A stretch of 39,566 nt of DNA, from NCBI GenBank assembly GCA_017622825.1, contig JAGAQK010000040.1:1-39566 (forward strand), in the 5' to 3' direction. Below, one piece after another: positions 36,491-39,566 of the stretch. Numbering within the stretch: position 1 is the first letter of the stretch; the number at the start of each line of letters is the position of its first letter. The notes beneath the pieces were generated by a model, which was not told the origin of the DNA, ran no database searches, and was given only the letters and a program-made list of their open reading frames with translations. The DNA is from Clostridia bacterium. GTDB taxonomy: Bacteria > Bacillota > Clostridia > UBA1212 > UBA1255. The position numbers and the translations under genes were made by a program.

Positions 36491-37796
36491 TGTTTGGTAC
36501 AACACCTGCATCAGTATATACCAACGCAAGAGAATTCCACACGTATCTTATCACGCCGTCAGAGTAGCAAGCTCTTTCAACGTACGAGCCGTTCTCCAAC
36601 GTTACCATTGTTGTTGATCCGCCACCATCAAGAAGGAGACAAGTATCATATCCTACTGCTCTACAGAAATCAGGTATTCTGTTGAAACGAAGGCCGACGT
36701 AGTTTCCGTTCGAATCAGATGTTACCATTGTCATCATAACTGTACCATCTGATTTGTATCCAAGGATACTTGTAGGATATTGATGTGAGTTTGCGCCAAC
36801 GCTTGCTCCTAAATCATTTGTTATTGAACCATTCTGCATTACGAGGCACTGACCGCCTATAGCTTCTTCACAATTTGCCCAGAAAGAACTATTGGAGGAT
36901 GCTGTGAGTTTCGTAGAAATCGAAACAGTCTGTCCTACACTGAAGTATCCTTTTATAGTTGAGATTTTTGAACCTCTTGCTGTAATGATTACTGTATTGT
37001 CATCAAGTGCGCAACGTGAAGATGTGCCTGAGGGGTAAATACCCTTTACAGTACCTGTTACTGTGCCACAGTTCATAAACTTGTTTGACGACGTTGAAAT
37101 TGCTATCTCATACGCATCTGACGGAACGTAGTTGAAAGAACCCATTCTGTTGTTGTATACGTAGAGTCCGTTGTTGGCAGGTGCTCTGTTGACACCTGTT
37201 GCGGAGATTGATCTGCCTGTAGAAACATTTCTGATTGTTGTGCTTACTGAAGGCTTGCCTATCAAAACATCTCTGTCTTTTGAAACACCGAATGTGTAAT
37301 AGTCTGCATTCTGCTCTTGTGATGACATCTGGCTGCACCAAATTTCTCCATCAAGAAGCATTGAACTAAATGACACTCTGTAGTTCTTTGTAACCGGTAC
37401 ACCGATGCTTTTTGCATAGCTCATCCAGTCTCCGTTAACTGCAGCGAGTATTGTGTTGTTTTCTTCGTTATAGCTTGAAACAACACTTGGTAGCGGTGCA
37501 GAACCCATCAATGACGAACCGTGGTTAATTACCTCGAAGCTAAGACAATCATTTCTTGAAAGGTTTGCTTCAACAATATTTATATATCTGTTAGCACCCC
37601 ATCCTGACGAACCGCCGCTTCCTAAATGTACTCTTGTATAATCAGCACCCGTATCAACGCCGAACAGCTTGATATCGGATGTTGAGTTATAATCCTGTCC
37701 CGTAAATGAATATGCCGATGAGTTCATCGGGAACATTGATATCATCATTGCGCTGACAATAGCCAACACAATGGCCTTTTTAAATATTTTCTTCAT
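34905..37796 (-). CDS. Secreted modular protein of 963 aa from the ATG at 37796: phosphodiester-glycosidase-like head, two helical repeats and three ricin-type beta-trefoil modules
   Basis: AGGAGGGG lies 5 nt before the ATG at 37796. The ATG at 37826 would fall at or upstream of the predicted TSS. Signal peptide MKKIFKKAIVLAIVSAMMISM..SSA/YSF. The head is a paralog of the 1106-aa protein's head (AIGGQCLVMQNG, LLLDGGGSTTMV). The C-terminal 527 aa are a paralog of the 775-aa protein. Confidence 0.75.
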   Translation of the reverse strand: MKKIFKKAIVLAIVSAMMISMFPMNSSAYSFTGQDYNSTSDIKLFGVDTGADYTRVHLGSGGSSGWGANRYINIVEANLSRNDCLSFEVINHGSSLMGSAPLPSVVSSYNEENNTILAAVNGDWMSYAKSIGVPVTKNYRVSFSSMLLDGEIWCSQMSSQEQNADYYTFGVSKDRDVLIGKPSVSTTIRNVSTGRSISATGVNRAPANNGLYVYNNRMGSFNYVPSDAYEIAISTSSNKFMNCGTVTGTVKGIYPSGTSSRCALDDNTVIITARGSKISTIKGYFSVGQTVSISTKLTASSNSSFWANCEEAIGGQCLVMQNGSITNDLGASVGANSHQYPTSILGYKSDGTVMMTMVTSDSNGNYVGLRFNRIPDFCRAVGYDTCLLLDGGGSTTMVTLENGSYVERACYSDGVIRYVWNSLALVYTDAGVVPNSLKSVVFDATYYANNNADLKAAFGNDAAKLYNHFLDFGIKEGRQASPNFSIKYYTEANSDLKAAFGTDYVKAMKHFVEFGKNEVRKTAPPADIGNNVDFRINVNGLAVGLSGTNVVTATKAINASEIWTFIKNADDGTYTIKNKTTGKVLDVHGAGKTAGTNVQTYDGNGTNAQRWYLYDRKDGSFVIQPKCSTTCVLDVSGGSTKAGANIQIYTNNGSAAQKYSLSSISKVENFVSSSSYVNLGNEFYAQITGVGSGKNLADVSSSLVLADNAMVPAQLWKFVRYSDGSYKIVNQASGKVIDVYGGYDASGTKVQTYVSNDSNAQRWYLYSTENGYIFLPKNSTSNVLDVVMGANVAGTNLQIYTFNETTAQKFNVTKVSGDYMDTIGSTTIGTGFYANIAVGSQSLGVSGTNVQLVNTSKSSSSQTWKFDLQSDGTYKITHKATGKVLDVSNANDADFANVQIYDSNNTRAQRWYVYQKEGKFIIRSAVSKTRVLDVFSGNIATGSNISIYTRNYSNAQMFSINKV

Positions 37797-37834
37797 AAAA
37801 ACCCCTCCTGGTTTTTTGTTTATCATCTACTAAA

Positions 37835-37863
37835 ATAATAAACCTTTGTTCATAATTTGTCAA
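37835..37863 (-). promoter_or_regulatory. SigA promoter for the 963-aa gene (TTGACA, 17-nt spacer, TATTAT)
   Basis: Reading the reverse complement gives TTGACA at 37863-37858 and TATTAT at 37840-37835, with a 17-nt spacer. Confidence 0.55.
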
Positions 37864-37910
37864 CAATATTTATAAAGTATATCAATCCGCATAACAAAGC
37901 ATCAAGCAAA

Positions 37911-37940
37911 CAAAAAAGGGCTGTTTTTTTACAGCCCTTT
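37911..37940 (-). terminator. Rho-independent terminator of the lipoprotein gene
   Basis: On the minus strand: GGGCTGT-AAAAAA-ACAGCCC followed by TTTTTTG. Confidence 0.7.
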
Positions 37941-37976
37941 ACTCTTGAACAATCTTAATAATAACACATTGAGTTA

Positions 37977-38945
37977 TCAATATCCTCTAATCACAAGATT
38001 ATCAACTGTTGTGTAGTTGAAGTGTGTGAAAATACTCAAAGCTGTTCCTGTCCATGCAAATTTTTCTGTATCATGATCGCCTCTGAAGATTTCAGTACCG
38101 GCAGCATCATAAACTACAATTGCAGCATCTTCCATAACTACTCTTGTAATCATAGCCATCTCGCCTGCTTCGGTTTTCATATAGTAAGTGATCATATCAG
38201 CGTTAACAACGATTGCAAGAGTCTTCATTGTTGCAAAACTCTCAGGAGCTGTAGCTGAGAAGAAACCGCTACTCCAACCACCCTTAGGAACAGAAGACAA
38301 ACCATTCAACGGGAAGCTTGTTTTTGTTGTAGGTGATGCCCAGAAACCTGATCCTTCACGGAGACCATCAGGAATATAGTCAGATGTAAATACACCAACG
38401 CTTGTGCCTGAACATCCGCCACCATCAGTCATTATGTCCATTGTAACTTCGATCTGTGAATATGTCTCAAAATCAAATACGTCCGGAATATAATATCTTG
38501 CCCATGATTCTGCATTTTCTCCACCAACAGAGTTGATGCAAAGCTGCTCATCATAAACCTCGATTGCAGGACTGCTTTCCTGTGACAAAACCAAACCGCC
38601 TTGTGTCCAGTCTTCATCCTCAAAATCGTCCTCGAAAATAGTATCAAGACGATTATATATAGCAGAATCAAAAAGTTTACCCTTCATATCATCTGAGAAC
38701 GGAGGCAACGGCTCGGGTGTAGGAGTCGGCTCAGGTGTAGGAGTCGGCTCAGGTGTAGGAGTAGGCTCCTCTGTAGGTTTAGGTTCAGCAGACTCTGTTG
38801 GAGAAGCAGAGGGCTTTGCTGAAGCTGATGCCTTAGATGTAGGTGCAGTTGTTGCATTTGATTCGGAATCTCCGCCGCAAGCAGCACATAATACCATTAT
38901 CATGGCTAAAGTTAATACAATTAAAGATTTGACAAATTTCTTCAT
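37977..38945 (-). CDS. Lipoprotein with a Pro/Thr/Glu-rich linker and a C-terminal domain of about 230 aa and unknown function (possibly a ConA/LamG-like jelly roll)
   Basis: AGGAGGG lies 6 nt before the ATG at 38945. The lipobox is LVLCAA-C-GG in MKKFVKSLIVLTLAMIMVLCAACGG. The linker is (EPTPTP)n. The C-terminus ends in TVDNLVIRGY. The fold call is a weak impression only. Confidence 0.65.
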   Translation of the reverse strand: MKKFVKSLIVLTLAMIMVLCAACGGDSESNATTAPTSKASASAKPSASPTESAEPKPTEEPTPTPEPTPTPEPTPTPEPLPPFSDDMKGKLFDSAIYNRLDTIFEDDFEDEDWTQGGLVLSQESSPAIEVYDEQLCINSVGGENAESWARYYIPDVFDFETYSQIEVTMDIMTDGGGCSGTSVGVFTSDYIPDGLREGSGFWASPTTKTSFPLNGLSSVPKGGWSSGFFSATAPESFATMKTLAIVVNADMITYYMKTEAGEMAMITRVVMEDAAIVVYDAAGTEIFRGDHDTEKFAWTGTALSIFTHFNYTTVDNLVIRGY

Positions 38946-39020
38946 TTTTGTCCCTCCTATTAGTAATATGTGAGTATTATAACAAAAAAATATATACATG
39001 CAAGAAAATTTTTCTGCTTT

Positions 39021-39566
39021 TCATTTTTCCACACTCATCCAACAACCTTCTGCTCCGATTCCATCTTCCGGAGGTGTTAATACACCTTGTTCGATAAGAC
39101 GTTCAACAACTGCATCAAGGATCGGCAGATTAGCAAGGGTATTTGCAAATCTCCATTCTCCAAGAAGATAATCAGGGACGGATTTTTTAATAAGTGCCGC
39201 AATTTTCTCTGCAACTATTTCCGCATCGGCATCAAATGGCCCATTTTGTAATGCATTACTAATGTCAAAGAGTCTGTTTTTATCCGAAAGAGAGCTTACA
39301 AGAATCTTAGTATAAAGCATATCCCCATTGCGGTATAAGTATCCACATTCAATAGCTTTAGCCGCGTGTTCCTTTTCTGTTTCCGAGAGAGTTGTAACAT
39401 CGACTCCTTCAATAGCACGTATCGCAAGCTGAATTTGCGTGTCACAAGAAACATTATGTCCGCAGCCAAAGTGCTTCTTGATGCGTGTAATATATATATT
39501 ATCAAGAAAAACTTGAGAGTATCCACATATATTTTGTGCGCCAACACCATCCCAGCCATTGCCATA
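39021..39566 (-). CDS. Hypothetical protein, truncated at the 5' end by the window edge
   Basis: The frame of the 39021-39320 ORF stays open upstream to base 39566. My hand translation of that stretch reads YGNGWDGVGAQNICGYSQVFLDNIYITRIKKHFGCGHNVSCDTQ...GDMLYTKIL. The ORF track shows only the part after an internal Met. I recognise no family. Confidence 0.6.
   Translation of the reverse strand, partial: YGNGWDGVGAQNICGYSQVFLDNIYITRIKKHFGCGHNVSCDTQIQLAIRAIEGVDVTTLSETEKEHAAKAIECGYLYRNGDMLYTKILVSSLSDKNRLFDISNALQNGPFDADAEIVAEKIAALIKKSVPDYLLGEWRFANTLANLPILDAVVERLIEQGVLTPPEDGIGAEGCWMSVEK

Noticed and set aside
37887-37894. CCGCATAA upstream of the 963-aa gene, matching the core of the 74-bp repeat palindrome
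   Set aside because: It is a single 8-mer with no partner half-site or flanking similarity, which is compatible with chance.
38711-38764. Three 18-bp tandem repeats
   Set aside because: They are in-frame coding repeats for the (EPTPTP)n linker of the lipoprotein, not a regulatory or mobile element.
39296-39565. 89-aa minus-strand ORF at the right edge
   Set aside because: A different frame, that of 39021-39320, stays open all the way to the window edge and gives a more protein-like translation. The 89-aa ORF is Leu/Lys/Arg-rich and overlaps it, so it was treated as spurious.

Overview
The window looks like a chromosomal segment from a low/moderate-GC Firmicute, probably Clostridia; that taxon call rests only on protein motifs and gene order.

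Layout from left to right:
(1) An orphan ORF with a nuclease-like C-terminus, followed by six tandem copies of a 73-74 bp hairpin-containing repeat.
(2) A strong SigA-type promoter, a ~160-nt leader ending in an intrinsic terminator, and then a complete [FeFe]-hydrogenase maturase operon: hydE, hydG, hydF and a TM1266-like small regulator. A 712-aa unknown protein and a HAD phosphatase are tightly appended.
(3) pspA and mscL, divergently arranged.
(4) About 13 kb of minus-strand genes with almost no intergenic space: rimP, nusA, ylxR, infB, rbfA, nrnA, truB, a GT2/GtrA fusion, a P-loop NTPase, hflX, yigZ and cca.
(5) An accessory-looking region from about 22.9 to 39 kb. It holds three paralogous secreted modular proteins, each with a phosphodiester-glycosidase-like or CHAP catalytic head, two short helical repeats and three ricin-type beta-trefoils. 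They flank a GH127 gene and a four-gene operon (xylose-isomerase-like TIM, Gfo/Idh/MocA oxidoreductase, GH4, SGNH hydrolase). A PT-linker lipoprotein and a CDS truncated at the right edge follow.

I recognised no rRNA, tRNA, CRISPR array, transposase or integrase.

The items I consider most worth follow-up are:
- the phased 74-bp repeat array next to the nuclease-like ORF;
- the unassigned leader RNA in front of hydEGF;
- the RadC/JAB-like domain with an intact JAMM motif fused to HflX;
- the redox-type glycoside-cleavage operon;
- the recently homogenised ricin-lectin paralogs.

All functional calls come from motifs read by eye. No database search was run.
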